A stretch of DNA of 64,000 bases from Nannocystales bacterium (GCA_050633305.1 JBOEGF010000010.1:608001-672000); one strand, 5' to 3'; numbered from the stretch's first letter, positions 28,788 through 39,681 are shown. Program-made: numbers and translations. The notes: generated by a model not told the origin, from the sequence alone.

Positions 28788-29243
28788 ATGATGAGAAACA
28801 AGAGCCTCGACTTTTCCCGCTTCCTTCACGACAGGGGTCTTCTGTCGGCGAAGACCGCGGCATCTGTCCGCGACCGCTCTCACAACGAGCGACTGCAGAT
28901 CGGGCAGATTCTCGTCATGAATGGGGTGCTGAGCGTTCGGCAGGTCATGGAAGTCCTCGAGGCGCAGGTGGAGGACCCCGGGGTTCGATTCGGCGAGCTG
29001 GCGGTCACGCTTGGCCACCTGACGACGGTCGAGCTCGAGGCGGCTCTTCGGCAGCAGCGGGAATACCGCCGGCACCAGATGGAGATCGTGTTGAAGGACG
29101 GACTCGTGCCTCGCAGCGAACTCGACGCGGTCACGGTGAAGTACGTCGAGCTCCTCGAGATGTCCGCCGCCGAGCCCCGGGTCTTCGTGCGCTCGGACGA
29201 GACGGCGGAGGACAACCACTGTCCCGCTGCCAGCGGCGCGTAG
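28788..29243 (+). CDS. Stand-alone MshEN-like repeat protein
   Basis: QIGQILVMNGVLSVRQVMEVLEAQ and RFGELAVTLGHLTTVELEAALRQQ. Confidence 0.75.
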   Translation: MMRNKSLDFSRFLHDRGLLSAKTAASVRDRSHNERLQIGQILVMNGVLSVRQVMEVLEAQVEDPGVRFGELAVTLGHLTTVELEAALRQQREYRRHQMEIVLKDGLVPRSELDAVTVKYVELLEMSAAEPRVFVRSDETAEDNHCPAASGA

Positions 29244-29820
29244 TGCTCAGGGCCGGTCGGGAGGGCGAGCCCGACATCGGTCGGCGTTGGGTGCAACCTG
29301 AGGCGAGCCGAGGGAGACCCGGCTTGGAGGCAACCCGACCCAGACTCCGGGGTGTGTTGGGCCTCAGCCCGATCCTTCCGGTCTGATACGCCGAGAACGG
29401 CTTCGCGCCGGGGAGCCAGTCCTCGCTGTCCACGCCGACCAACTGGAGAATGCCAGCCGCGAAGTGCTCGAAGCTCAAGACATCGCCGTCGTCGTCGGCA
29501 ACGCCTGTCGCGAAGTCGACGCGTCGGTGAGTTCGCCTCGAAACGCCGTGAGTAGAGGGCTACAGCGTCTCTCAGCGATGTCGCTTACCGAGACGTCGGG
29601 AGCGCAGAGAAGGTCGAGCGTGCTTTTGCCGACCGCAACTCCACAGCAGCCCTGGTCCACCGTGGACGCCGCAACGAATGCGCCCCGTGTCCGACCCTCG
29701 TGGCCTCAGCGCGACCGAATGCGCCCGACTGAGCGTGTTTCCGCACCACGTTCGTCCCCTGAGTCTGGCCGACGGATGTCCTCGCTGCTCCAGAGCCGGG
29801 CTGGGTCGTGGGTCAGGGTC

Positions 29821-30399
29821 TCATGGCACGCGCTTCGACCAGGTCAGGTCCCAGCGAAGCTCGCTGGAGTCCTGGTGCAGCTGATAGTGGCCCGCGTACC
29901 CGACGTACTCGGGGATGGCGGAGAATGCAGCTCCGAGCCCCGTGATGTACGCGTGGCTCTCGGTCATCATCGCTGGAAAATCGTGTCCGTGGATGGACAC
30001 CGAGTCATCGTAGACCTCGACCTCGATCGCACCCGCGTTGCGGTACATGTGCGAGTACCCGCGTGGGGCAAGCTTGGCGACACCGCTGGGGGTCGTGCCC
30101 AGCATGCGGAGCCCAGCCTCGAGAAATCCGTGGAGGATCGGACTCTTGGCGGTGGCCAACATCGCGTTTCGGGACCGCAGCTCGAACAGTTCGGGTCCCC
30201 CGTGCGTGTACATCAGCTCTGCCAAGCAAATGTCGAGTTCGACGGGAAGCCAAGCCATTCGCTTGGCGCCCTCGATCTGGTGGACGCGGCGGGGGCCCAG
30301 TCCGCCCCGAACCAAGGCGTCGAGTTCGGGCCCATACTCGGACACCCATGCGAGATTCTCCCGAATCTGAGCTGCGCGGAGGGAGGGAACGTCGGACAC
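29821..30399 (-). CDS. Myxobacterial hypothetical protein (DUF2378-like possible)
   Basis: ORF from GTG 30399 with AWLPVE motif and plausible alpha/beta composition. Confidence 0.6.
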   Translation of the reverse strand: MSDVPSLRAAQIRENLAWVSEYGPELDALVRGGLGPRRVHQIEGAKRMAWLPVELDICLAELMYTHGGPELFELRSRNAMLATAKSPILHGFLEAGLRMLGTTPSGVAKLAPRGYSHMYRNAGAIEVEVYDDSVSIHGHDFPAMMTESHAYITGLGAAFSAIPEYVGYAGHYQLHQDSSELRWDLTWSKRVP

Positions 30400-30634
30400 C
30401 GTCGGTAGACTGTACAGCGGGTGTCGTGTCCTGCGTCTGCGCAATGGCGTGTGGAGGCGGACGTGGTCCCCAACACGAGCGCGCCTCCGTGGGCTTCAAC
30501 CTCAATGACGCCGAGTGTTCTTCGTGGCCGGCGCTCCGGTGTCTGCAGCCAGCCGTCCTCGGATGTCTCGGAGGCGAGAAGGAGAGCGGCTGTTCAGGAC
30601 GGCGGGGGCGATGCGAGGAGGCTGGTGGGCCGTG

Positions 30635-31579
30635 CTAGTCGAGACGCTCGTACATGGTCCAGCTCCCGTCCTCCGCGTCGTACTCCATGGAAAAGTGGAG
30701 CGCATCGGGGTCTTTGTCTTGCCGGAAGAAGAGGTGGGCAATCTTCGTCAGTACGTCTTGGACCTCGGGCGAAGGTGCGTCCGTGGTCTCCCCGTCTTTT
30801 CTGACGTTGCAACTGAGCCCCCATTCCAGGCTTCTCCATGTCGGATAGGCTGAGTACGTTTCCTCCAAGTCCCGCGGTGGGTCGTTGACCAGGAGCTGAA
30901 AGAGCCGGTCCCGGAGTTGTTCGTAGCTCTCTTCCACCGGGGGGACGCCGTAGTAGGGGTCCATTCTGAAGGCGATGAGCGCCTTGATGTTGCGACCCAT
31001 GAGCCCGTAGGCGATCGAGCCCGAAACGATGAGCGCGACGAGCAGGGAAATGACCAGGTAGATGAGGTCTCCCTGCGAGCTTCGGCCCTCGGTGAAGTAG
31101 ATCATGTGCTCGGGGAGTGGTTCTCCTTCTCGGGCGAAGATTTCGCGGATCTCCGAGTGCCATCCTCCCGCTTCGTTGATGTCCGGAAAGACGAGTCGTC
31201 CCTGGTAGGAGCCGTTGTCGGGCGCCATGTGGCCGAACATGTGGTCGCGACTCATCAGCATGACGCTCGGCTGCTTCGGCGCTTGAGACGTCGCGTCATG
31301 AAGCACGAAGTAGTACCAGCTCTCCGATGACCCATCGCGCCGAAGCTCATACTCCAGGGAGGACCCGAGTCGTACGCCGGTGAGGGTGATGTTGGTCCCC
31401 TGTGGACGCTGGCCCGCTTCGACTTCGGACAGGCTGATGACGTCGGTACTCGTGTCGAGCGCGCCTTGTAGCCTTCCGTTGTTCCAAGCCAGGCCTAGCG
31501 CGATTGCAAAGGTTCCCACCGCGACAGCAATCGAGATGAGGAACATCTTCGTATTGAAGGTCGGGATTTCTCTCTTCAT
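30635..31579 (-). CDS. Hypothetical membrane protein (2 TM)
   Basis: Two hydrophobic segments flanking a soluble domain. Confidence 0.75.
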   Translation of the reverse strand: MKREIPTFNTKMFLISIAVAVGTFAIALGLAWNNGRLQGALDTSTDVISLSEVEAGQRPQGTNITLTGVRLGSSLEYELRRDGSSESWYYFVLHDATSQAPKQPSVMLMSRDHMFGHMAPDNGSYQGRLVFPDINEAGGWHSEIREIFAREGEPLPEHMIYFTEGRSSQGDLIYLVISLLVALIVSGSIAYGLMGRNIKALIAFRMDPYYGVPPVEESYEQLRDRLFQLLVNDPPRDLEETYSAYPTWRSLEWGLSCNVRKDGETTDAPSPEVQDVLTKIAHLFFRQDKDPDALHFSMEYDAEDGSWTMYERLD

Positions 31580-32091
31580 GAGAGGACGCCCCTCGGGCTG
31601 GAGGACGATACGACCGGGTTGGAGAACGCTCTCCTGCTTCCGGTTCCGTGGCCCCGCCGTCGTTCACGGCCGACATGGACAACGTAGGCAAGGAGACGCC
31701 GCGGCGGCGATCGCCGGGGGTCTTTCCGCGGTCTAGGGCCGCCTCGTCGTGTGACAGAGTTGGTTGGCACGTGGAGGTAGAGAACAGGATCTCGGGGATG
31801 TGACAGAGAAAGAAGGTCGTCGCACCAAAACGCGCCCTGAGGCCTCTCCGACGCCTCTCGTGCCCGGTTCGAGCTGTTGGCCAGTGTAGGTTTCAGCCTT
31901 CGCCGCGCTCTGCTCGAGGTGCACGAGTCGGGGTCGTGGCGCTTGCGGGACCCACGCGGGAGGCTCACGAAGTTCGAAGCTCCGACCGGGTTTTCCATGC
32001 GACCGGTTCGGTGAAGCTGCCGATGTGGCTCGCCGAGGACCGCCGGCCTGCTCGACCGATTCGAGCCCGGCGGCCCATGCTTTGAGGCAAG

Positions 32092-35000
32092 ATGACGGCC
32101 ATGCGGACGTTCGCAGTCTCGGCTGGCCTGTTGCTTGCGATTTTGGTGGGCTGCGCCGAACCCCCCGCAGGGCTGGCGAGAACGGCTGGTGGTGACGGTC
32201 CGCAGATCGTCTTTGAGTTGCAACGGCGCCCGCTCCCCGAGCTCCCGTTCCCCAACGACATCGCGACCCGGCCCGATCCCAGCTCTCCCACGGGGCTGCG
32301 CCTCAACGCGAGTTTGGTCGCCTCGACCAACCTCGAACGGGTCGCTCGCGAAAAGCTCGATACGCTGACCGGGTTTGGGGTGTTTCAGCCGATTTCGGTG
32401 CGCTTCGATGCCCCGCTGGACCTCGACGTCATCTATCGGCGCCACCGCGACTACCGAACCTCGACGGATGGCAGCGACTACGACTTCTCGAACGATGCGG
32501 TCTACGTCGTCGATGTGACGCCCGGTTCGCCCACATACCTGCAGCCGGTTCCGCTCGACTTCGGGGAGGGCAACTTCCCGCAGTTGCTGCGTACGCCCAA
32601 CCAGTACTGGGAGCACGATCCCAAGACCATCACCACGGCGCTGGCGTTCGAGACGTATCCAGAGGATCTCAACGAGAACGGGCTCCTCGATCCGGGGGAG
32701 GATCTCGACCTCGACGGGGTGCTGGACCGGCCCAACTACGACCGGCGCGAGGACAACATCCCCTCAACGCTGGATGTCACTCGCGACCTGGTGACGTTCT
32801 ACGAGTTTGAGACCAACACGTTGATGTTCAAGCCGGTGATGCCGCTGCGAGAAGGCACCACCTACGCTGTTGTGCTCACCAACCGCCTCACCAATGAGGC
32901 CGGAGATCCGGTACGCAGCCCGTTTCCGTTCGTCAACCATGCGGCGCAGACCTACGACCTCTCGCCGGTGTTGGAGTTCCTGGACACGCAGGAGCTGGGG
33001 GCGAGCGACATTGCGTTCTCGTGGTCGTTCACCACGCAGAACGCGACGGGTGACATGGTCGCGATGCGAAACGGCCTGTACGGTGAGGGGGCGCTCGCAT
33101 GGCTGGGCGAGGACAACCCCCCGGTGCTCAGCAGCCTGATGCCGATGCGGGACCGAGAGTCCGATGGGTCGCCGACGGACAACCCGTGGATTCTGCCCTC
33201 GGAGACCATCCGGCCGATTCTTCCGGCGTTGGCCTCGGCGGCCTTCGGGGGACGGATCTCGGACACCGAGCAGCTGGTCCGGACGCACGACTACTATGGC
33301 TATCACGTCTCCGGGACGTTCAAGTCTCCCTGGCTGCTGGGCCTGGACGAGGAGGCATCCAATCTCGACGAGCAGAGCTGGCCCTCGGACCTCAGCGATC
33401 CCGCACTTCGGGACCAGGTCGAGTACCGCGATGTGCAGTTCTGGTGCGTGGTGCCGAAGAAGGAATTCTTGGCCGACCCCACCAAACCGGCACCCGTGGT
33501 GCTCTACGCGCACGGCTATACGTCGAACAAGATCGAGCAGCTCGGCCTGGCTCTGCACGCCAAGTTCGGGATCGCCGGCTGCAGCATCGACGCGGTCGGT
33601 CACGGCGTCGACATCGGCGACCAAGAGGACATCGCGGGTACCTTGTTCGAGGCTCAGGGGGCCGCGCCGGCTCTCGAAGCGCTGCTCACCGGCCGCATCG
33701 AAGACGTTGACGGCGATGGTGAGGGGGATGTCGGTGCGGAGTTCTTCACCGGATACATGTTCAAAACCCGCGACAACCTCCGGCAGACGCTCGTCGACTG
33801 GTTGACGCTCGTTCGTCTCCTGCGGAGCTTCGGTACCGACGGGGCCCTCATCGACGTCGACGCCGACGGTCGGTCGGACGACCTCAACGGGGATGGGTCG
33901 CCCGAAGCCCTCGGAGACTTCGACGGCGACGGCGTGGTGGATTTTGGTGGACCCAACAACGCCTACTTTGCTAGCGGCACCAGCCTGGGAGGCTTGGTGT
34001 CGTCGATGCTCGCAGCGGTTGAGCCACAGGTTGTCGCGGCGGCTCCGATCTCCGGTGGCGCGGGGCTCATCGACCTCACGCTTCGGTCCGAGCAGGGCGG
34101 TGTCGTCGAGGCTGTCGGGTTGCGGATGCTTGGTCCTCTGTTCCTGGGGGAGCCGACCGAGGACGGCCGCACGCGCGTCTACCAGGCGTTCCCCAACGGC
34201 AACAAGGTGGCGCGTCGCGACCTGGCGGTCCGGGCGGAGATCGAGCCCGGAAACGTTGTCCGAGCCACCAACATGGCGACGGGGGAGTCTCGCTGCGCAC
34301 TGGTGATGCCCAACGAGCCGCCGCCGGGATACGAGAACTACCGCGGCTGGCCCGAAGCGACCAACTGCTCCGATGACGACGCAGATCAGGAGGTTTGCCG
34401 AACTTGTCCCGAGGGCACCGAAGGCAGCTATGCCTGTGACCTCGCCGGGACGTTCCGGGTCGGGGTTCCTGCAGATGCGGGCGACCCGGTCGAGATCGAG
34501 GTCTTCGAGGGCAGCTTCGCGGTCGAGGTCGAGGGCGACGCTCGGGAGTGCTCGCTCGTGGGCGCGCCCAACGTTCGCACGGCGATCCGGACGTTCGAGT
34601 ACCGGACCAACTATCGCGGCAACTCGTACGCGATCGGGGATCCCGTCGTCGCGTTCGAGGATGGATACGGCTTCCAGCGGGGAACGCCGCTGCTACGTCG
34701 CTTCCTCGGCATCGCGGGCATCGCGATCGAGGGTGCCGACCCGGCCTTGTACGCGCCTCACTACTCGCTCGAGCCGTTCGAGTTTGTCGAGGACGGCGAG
34801 AGTTTCACCAAGCGGTCGACCAACGTGCTCAACGTCGTCACCGTGGGAGACCCGAACGTCCCGATCAACACGGGGATCTCGATCGCGAAGGCCGCGGGAT
34901 TCGTCAACATCTTCGACCCGGATTCCCGCTATCGCAAGCCGATCAACCGTGTGCTGATCGATGAGGGGGTGCAGGCCGGCATCCCGTGGCTGTACACGCG

Positions 35001-35385
35001 GGGGGTCGACTGGGGCCCGGTGTTGGTCGATGTCGACAACCTCTCGGCGAGCTTCAACGGCCCCATGAGCACCGAACTCTCGGTCGACGGTCTGGTCGCG
35101 CCGCGGCTCGATCCCGCGCTTCGCGTGGTGGTGCGGACGCCTGGGACCGAGGACGGCGAAGCACAGGGATTCAGCGGCATGGTGTTGCCGCTCATCAACG
35201 AGTTCGACGGCGCGCACGGTTTCTCGCCGCCTGGGATGACGGACAGCGCGTTCGACGTGGGGCAGTTCATGGAGCACCAGATTGGGATCTTTTTCAGGTC
35301 GGCGGGGCAAGAGCTGCGGTACGACGCATGCTTGGCCGAACTCGCCTCCTGTCCCGACATCCCCCAGCCCCCTGTGGAGCCTTGA
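32092..35385 (+). CDS. Large lipoprotein, lipase-like alpha/beta hydrolase with Ig-like N-domain
   Basis: Lipobox LVGC; PFPNDIATR, LYAHG, GTSLGG, several DxDxDG Ca-binding-like motifs. Confidence 0.85.
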   Translation: MTAMRTFAVSAGLLLAILVGCAEPPAGLARTAGGDGPQIVFELQRRPLPELPFPNDIATRPDPSSPTGLRLNASLVASTNLERVAREKLDTLTGFGVFQPISVRFDAPLDLDVIYRRHRDYRTSTDGSDYDFSNDAVYVVDVTPGSPTYLQPVPLDFGEGNFPQLLRTPNQYWEHDPKTITTALAFETYPEDLNENGLLDPGEDLDLDGVLDRPNYDRREDNIPSTLDVTRDLVTFYEFETNTLMFKPVMPLREGTTYAVVLTNRLTNEAGDPVRSPFPFVNHAAQTYDLSPVLEFLDTQELGASDIAFSWSFTTQNATGDMVAMRNGLYGEGALAWLGEDNPPVLSSLMPMRDRESDGSPTDNPWILPSETIRPILPALASAAFGGRISDTEQLVRTHDYYGYHVSGTFKSPWLLGLDEEASNLDEQSWPSDLSDPALRDQVEYRDVQFWCVVPKKEFLADPTKPAPVVLYAHGYTSNKIEQLGLALHAKFGIAGCSIDAVGHGVDIGDQEDIAGTLFEAQGAAPALEALLTGRIEDVDGDGEGDVGAEFFTGYMFKTRDNLRQTLVDWLTLVRLLRSFGTDGALIDVDADGRSDDLNGDGSPEALGDFDGDGVVDFGGPNNAYFASGTSLGGLVSSMLAAVEPQVVAAAPISGGAGLIDLTLRSEQGGVVEAVGLRMLGPLFLGEPTEDGRTRVYQAFPNGNKVARRDLAVRAEIEPGNVVRATNMATGESRCALVMPNEPPPGYENYRGWPEATNCSDDDADQEVCRTCPEGTEGSYACDLAGTFRVGVPADAGDPVEIEVFEGSFAVEVEGDARECSLVGAPNVRTAIRTFEYRTNYRGNSYAIGDPVVAFEDGYGFQRGTPLLRRFLGIAGIAIEGADPALYAPHYSLEPFEFVEDGESFTKRSTNVLNVVTVGDPNVPINTGISIAKAAGFVNIFDPDSRYRKPINRVLIDEGVQAGIPWLYTRGVDWGPVLVDVDNLSASFNGPMSTELSVDGLVAPRLDPALRVVVRTPGTEDGEAQGFSGMVLPLINEFDGAHGFSPPGMTDSAFDVGQFMEHQIGIFFRSAGQELRYDACLAELASCPDIPQPPVEP

Positions 35386-36476
35386 ACGTGCTCACTCTAT
35401 TCGTAGCCTGCGCGCCCGGCCTCGAGTCGCTGCTCGCCGCCGAACTCACCGCCTTGGGAATCATGGACGTCCGTGGCGAGCCTGGTGGTGCGACCGTTCG
35501 CGGGCAGCCATCGGTGGTCTCCACGGTGTGCCTTCGCAGTGGTTTCGCGAACCACGTTCGACTTCGTGTGGGGGAGCCATTCGAAGTCCGCCACTTTGAC
35601 AAGCTGGTCAAGAAGACCGCCGCGCTGCCGTGGGGCGACTTGCTTCGTCCTGGAACACGGGTCAAGGCGCACGCGGTCTGTCGGAAATCCCGTCTCTATC
35701 ACTCGGGGGGCGCAGCTCAGCGGGTCGAGGCGGGCATCGCCAAAGCGATCGGTCCCGCCGTGGAGGGGGCGCCGGAGCTTGCGGTCGCGGTGCGGATCAT
35801 TCGCGACGAATGTGTCATCTCGCTCGACCTCAGCGGAGAGGCGTTGCACCGCCGCGGGTGGCGGCAACAAACCGCCAAGGCCCCGCTCCGAGAAGACCTG
35901 GCGCGAGCGCTGCTCGTGGTCTCGGGGTGGACGCCAGAGCGGTCGTTGTTGGATCCCCTGATGGGCGCGGGTACGTTGGTGATCGAGGCCGCCACCATGG
36001 CGCGGCGGATGGCGCCCGGGTTGGGACGTCGCTTCGCGTTCGAGCACACCAAGCTCGACGCCTCGGCTGCGTTGCAGGAGCAACGCGAGGCGGCCCAGGC
36101 CGAAGTCCTCCCCTCGCTCACCACGAAGCTCGTGGGTCGCGATCACATGGCCGGGGCAGTTGAGGCTGCGCAAGGAAACGCCGAGCGTGCCGGGGTTGCT
36201 GGCGATGTGACCCTGCTGCGCGCGGAGCTCACGGAAGCTTGGCCAGAACTCGGGGACGCACACGTGGTGACCAATCCGCCGTACGGGATCCGGGTCGGCG
36301 AGGCCTCCGGTGTGCACAATCTGTACACGTCGGTGGGGGAAGGGATTCGGGCGATGGGGTACCCCTTCGGCATCGTGATCGCCGATCGCCGATTCGTGCG
36401 CTCTCTGGCCCTCTCTTTGCAGCCGAAGCTCACCACGGACCACGGCGGGATCAAGGTCTCCTACTACGCAGGCTGA
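35382..36476 (+). CDS. THUMP-domain RNA methyltransferase (RlmL-like)
   Basis: CAPGLE, LHRRGWR..APLREDLA, LDPLMGAGT, VTNPPYG; TTG start overlapping the upstream stop (GTG 35388 is an alternative). Confidence 0.88.
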   Translation: MNVLTLFVACAPGLESLLAAELTALGIMDVRGEPGGATVRGQPSVVSTVCLRSGFANHVRLRVGEPFEVRHFDKLVKKTAALPWGDLLRPGTRVKAHAVCRKSRLYHSGGAAQRVEAGIAKAIGPAVEGAPELAVAVRIIRDECVISLDLSGEALHRRGWRQQTAKAPLREDLARALLVVSGWTPERSLLDPLMGAGTLVIEAATMARRMAPGLGRRFAFEHTKLDASAALQEQREAAQAEVLPSLTTKLVGRDHMAGAVEAAQGNAERAGVAGDVTLLRAELTEAWPELGDAHVVTNPPYGIRVGEASGVHNLYTSVGEGIRAMGYPFGIVIADRRFVRSLALSLQPKLTTDHGGIKVSYYAG

Positions 36477-36598
36477 CAGCACTGGGATGCGCGGCAGGGG
36501 CGCGTCGGCTGCGACTCGGGGCCGAAAGTCATTCGCGATCGACGGTGTTGGGTTTCACTGCGGGCTGATCGCGCGCCAGGGCTGCTAAACTTCGGGTG

Positions 36599-37126
36599 AT
36601 GTTCGAGTTTCTCCGCCGCAAGAACGCTCCGACTCCAGAGGCCGAAGACGAAACCAAAGCTCTTCCGGCGGCAGGCGAGGCGGGAGAAGCGGTGGAGTCC
36701 GAGGCCGAGAGTGAGGATGACGTGGTCCTCAAGGACGCCGTCGAGGCGATGCTTGTGGATCAGGCGGTCCCAGAACCCGAGCCAGAACCCGAGCCGGACT
36801 TCGGCACGGTCAATGTGATCGGCTCGGACACCCGGATCGATGGGTCGTTGACCACGCGGACCGAGGTCCACCTGCTCGGGAAGATCGACGGCGATGTCGA
36901 ATGCATCTCGCTGACGGTCGAGGCGGACGCCGGGGTTCACGGAGACGTCACTGCCACCCAGAACGTCGTCGTCCGTGGCAAGGTCGTGGGCAACCTGATG
37001 GTCGAGGGAAAACTGACCATCACGGACACGGGGTCCGTAGCGGGCGTTGTCCAGGCACGGTCCATGACCATCGATGATGGCGCCGAGCTTTCCGGGCGCT
37101 GCTCGATGTCTTCGTCGGCGTCGTGA
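36599..37126 (+). CDS. Bactofilin (polymer-forming cytoskeletal protein)
   Basis: VIGSDTRIDGSL..GKIDGDV..VHGDV..GKVVGNL..DDGAELSGRCSM beta-helix pattern. Confidence 0.9.
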   Translation: MFEFLRRKNAPTPEAEDETKALPAAGEAGEAVESEAESEDDVVLKDAVEAMLVDQAVPEPEPEPEPDFGTVNVIGSDTRIDGSLTTRTEVHLLGKIDGDVECISLTVEADAGVHGDVTATQNVVVRGKVVGNLMVEGKLTITDTGSVAGVVQARSMTIDDGAELSGRCSMSSSAS

Positions 37127-37163
37127 GCCGCCGCGTCTCGGTGTCGAACGCCTCCGGGGTGTC

Positions 37164-39197
37164 TCACTCCGGGTCGCAAGGGCCGTCGCAGTGGGTCTCG
37201 ATCGTGCCCTCGAGCAGAAACTGAACGCGGGTTTCCAGCGACGCGTCCAAGTTCCGCAGTCGCCCGTGCGGGTCGTCTCCGTCGTCGGCGGGCACGTTGT
37301 GGAGCGGCTCACTGTTGCCCCAGTCGTATTCGATCATCGCTGCACTCTGGACGGTGCCCTCGACCGTCTCCAGTCCGAAGACGTCGCGATTGAGGGGCCC
37401 CAAGTTGGGGATGTCGGCCGAGCGAGCCATGATGTGGGCAGCCAACGTGGTGACTTGGTGGTCCCCGATCGCGACCTGCATCAGCACGTCTTTGGGTGGA
37501 CTGCCGGGCAGGAGTCCATCGCGGATCAGATGCGTGTATCCGGCGGGCTCCGAGCGGTCCCACATCATCTGGATGACCGACAGCCCGAACTGGATGTCGA
37601 CCGGGTCGTCGTAGTTCTGCAACAACAGCCCGAGATAGGTGTTGAAGCCCTGGCTCCGATTGAGCATCAGGTTGTAGGGCTGGCCGGGGACGTCGAGGAT
37701 GCCGCGTTGGATGTCGGGGCTCACCGCGAGCAGGACCGAACCCATGATGCCTCCTTGGCTGGAACCGGCGTACATGACCTGCGAAGGGTCGACGGCGCTG
37801 TGGCCTCCCACCTCGAGTGCGACATCGGCCCCCAGGTCGCCTTGTAGGGCGCGAGAGAAGACGATCGCGTTGAGGACCCCTTGCTGGAGCCTGTCTGCGA
37901 CGGTGTGAAAGCGGTGTATTTCGCCCGAGCTGAGGAAGCCCGCGACGTTGAGGAGGTCCGGCGTGGCCATCCCTGCCCAGTCGGTCGCGACCAACACGAA
38001 GTTGTGCTGGTTTGCGAGCCGCTGGTAGTGGCCCGAGCGAACCTCTTCGAGTGAGCCGAGCAGACCGTGCCCGACATGCAGGATCGGTCCGGGCTCCTCG
38101 ACGGCTGCGTAGGGGATGAGCACCTCGAAGTCGAAGTCCGCGAATCCGTTCTGCGCGGGCATGCCATCCTCGCCCCAGTTGAACCCCGTGCCGGTTTCTG
38201 CGGTCTCCAAGTACAGCGGGACGGCAACCGTGCCGGATACGCGCCGCATGATGTTGTCCGAGTAGTCGTCCTCGATGCGCTCGATGTTGTACCCGGGTCC
38301 GCCGGCGCCGAGCACCTCGAGTGCGTCGTCACGGATCTCGACCATCGTGCCCGTGATGTTTTCCCGACTGGCGGTCGTGAAGTCCCACGCGAGTTGGAGC
38401 GTGTCTCGCTGCACCCCTGCGTCACCCAGTCGCGCGAAGATGTCGGCGTACAGGGGCCGCCGGGCGTCGAGAGCTTCGTCGTCGGTCGGCCGGAGGTCGC
38501 GAAGAACCTCGAAGGCGGGGGAGGGCGCGAGGGGGTCGCCGTCGGCGTCCACAACATCACGGATTGCGACGATATACCGCGTCCCTTCCTCGAGTCGGAT
38601 CGCGGGGCGAACGAACAACACCCGCTTGTCCGCTTGGTTGTGCGACATGTCGAGCTCCGAGAAGTGAGGCACGCGCTCCCCCGTCTCAGCGTTGAGGAGG
38701 ATCGTCGGGGACGACGGATCGAGCGAGAGCCCGATGTCCAGGGGCGAGGGCAGCCCGGTCACAGTCGCGCCCGGCAAGTGGACCACCATGGCACCGCTCG
38801 TGGAGAACCCGTCGCTGCGCTCGAGAACGGACAGGTCGACTTGGATGCCCCCCAACGTGACGGGCCAGCCCTCGGGGTCGACCTTCACCCTCCGTCCGGT
38901 CGGGGTGTCGGGGTCAGCAACGGTGTGGACGTTGCTCGGAAACGGGAACGCGCAGTAGTTCGGATCGAGCGGGTCGCAGGTTACGGGCGACCAGTCGACC
39001 TCGGGCTCGGGCTCGGGGACGGTGGGACCGCCCGAGCTTCCGCTGGAGTCTGCTTCGGTCGTGCTCGTGGAGGTCGGCGCGACGTCCGTCGCGGCGGCGG
39101 CGGTGCTGCCGGACGTTTCGCCGTTGTTCATCGGCGGCGCGTCGTCACCGCAAGCCGCCACCGCAACGCAAACCAACATCCACCAGCCCCGACCCAT
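37164..39197 (-). CDS. Lipoprotein, lipase-like alpha/beta hydrolase
   Basis: Lipobox VAAC; FPFPSN, HGLLG, GSSQGG, GDHQV, DPH. Confidence 0.85.
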   Translation of the reverse strand: MGRGWWMLVCVAVAACGDDAPPMNNGETSGSTAAAATDVAPTSTSTTEADSSGSSGGPTVPEPEPEVDWSPVTCDPLDPNYCAFPFPSNVHTVADPDTPTGRRVKVDPEGWPVTLGGIQVDLSVLERSDGFSTSGAMVVHLPGATVTGLPSPLDIGLSLDPSSPTILLNAETGERVPHFSELDMSHNQADKRVLFVRPAIRLEEGTRYIVAIRDVVDADGDPLAPSPAFEVLRDLRPTDDEALDARRPLYADIFARLGDAGVQRDTLQLAWDFTTASRENITGTMVEIRDDALEVLGAGGPGYNIERIEDDYSDNIMRRVSGTVAVPLYLETAETGTGFNWGEDGMPAQNGFADFDFEVLIPYAAVEEPGPILHVGHGLLGSLEEVRSGHYQRLANQHNFVLVATDWAGMATPDLLNVAGFLSSGEIHRFHTVADRLQQGVLNAIVFSRALQGDLGADVALEVGGHSAVDPSQVMYAGSSQGGIMGSVLLAVSPDIQRGILDVPGQPYNLMLNRSQGFNTYLGLLLQNYDDPVDIQFGLSVIQMMWDRSEPAGYTHLIRDGLLPGSPPKDVLMQVAIGDHQVTTLAAHIMARSADIPNLGPLNRDVFGLETVEGTVQSAAMIEYDWGNSEPLHNVPADDGDDPHGRLRNLDASLETRVQFLLEGTIETHCDGPCDPE

Positions 39198-39315
39198 GCC
39201 CTTGATTCTGCGAGAGAACGCCTCGAGGCCGCAATCCGGGGCGAACTCTGGCCGTGTGTGGGAACGTCGAAATCAAGCCTGGGTTCGGCTGGGTGGCTTG
39301 TCTATGCTCCGCCGC

Positions 39316-39681
39316 ATGGGATTCAAGGTCAGAGGCACCTTGCACGTCATCAACGAGACCCAGCAGGTCTCGGCGCGCTTCACCAAGCGGGAGTTCGTCC
39401 TGCACATTGCTGACGGGCGGTTTCCGCAGCACGTGCAGTTTCAACTGACGGGCGAGCGGGTGGGCAACATCGATGCGTACAACGTCGGCGACGAGGTTGA
39501 GGTCGAGTTCAACCTACGCGGTCGCGAATGGACTTCGCCCAAGGGCGAGGTGCGGTTCTTCAACAGCTTGGACGTGTGGACGATCGATCGCGTGGGAGCG
39601 AGCGCCGGCGGTGGCGCTCCCGACCTTCCGCCGCCGCCCGATGATCCTCCTCCAACGTTCGACGACGACATCCCGTTCTAG
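39316..39681 (+). CDS. DUF3127-like SSB/OB-fold protein
   Basis: FTKREFVL, VEVEFNLRGREW, FNSLDVW, C-terminal FDDDIPF. Confidence 0.85.
   Translation: MGFKVRGTLHVINETQQVSARFTKREFVLHIADGRFPQHVQFQLTGERVGNIDAYNVGDEVEVEFNLRGREWTSPKGEVRFFNSLDVWTIDRVGASAGGGAPDLPPPPDDPPPTFDDDIPF

Noticed and set aside
29340..29700. Short minus-strand ORFs (MSFEHFAAGILQLVGVDSEDWLPG)
   Set aside because: Possibly the decayed C-terminus of a larger gene, but too fragmentary to call
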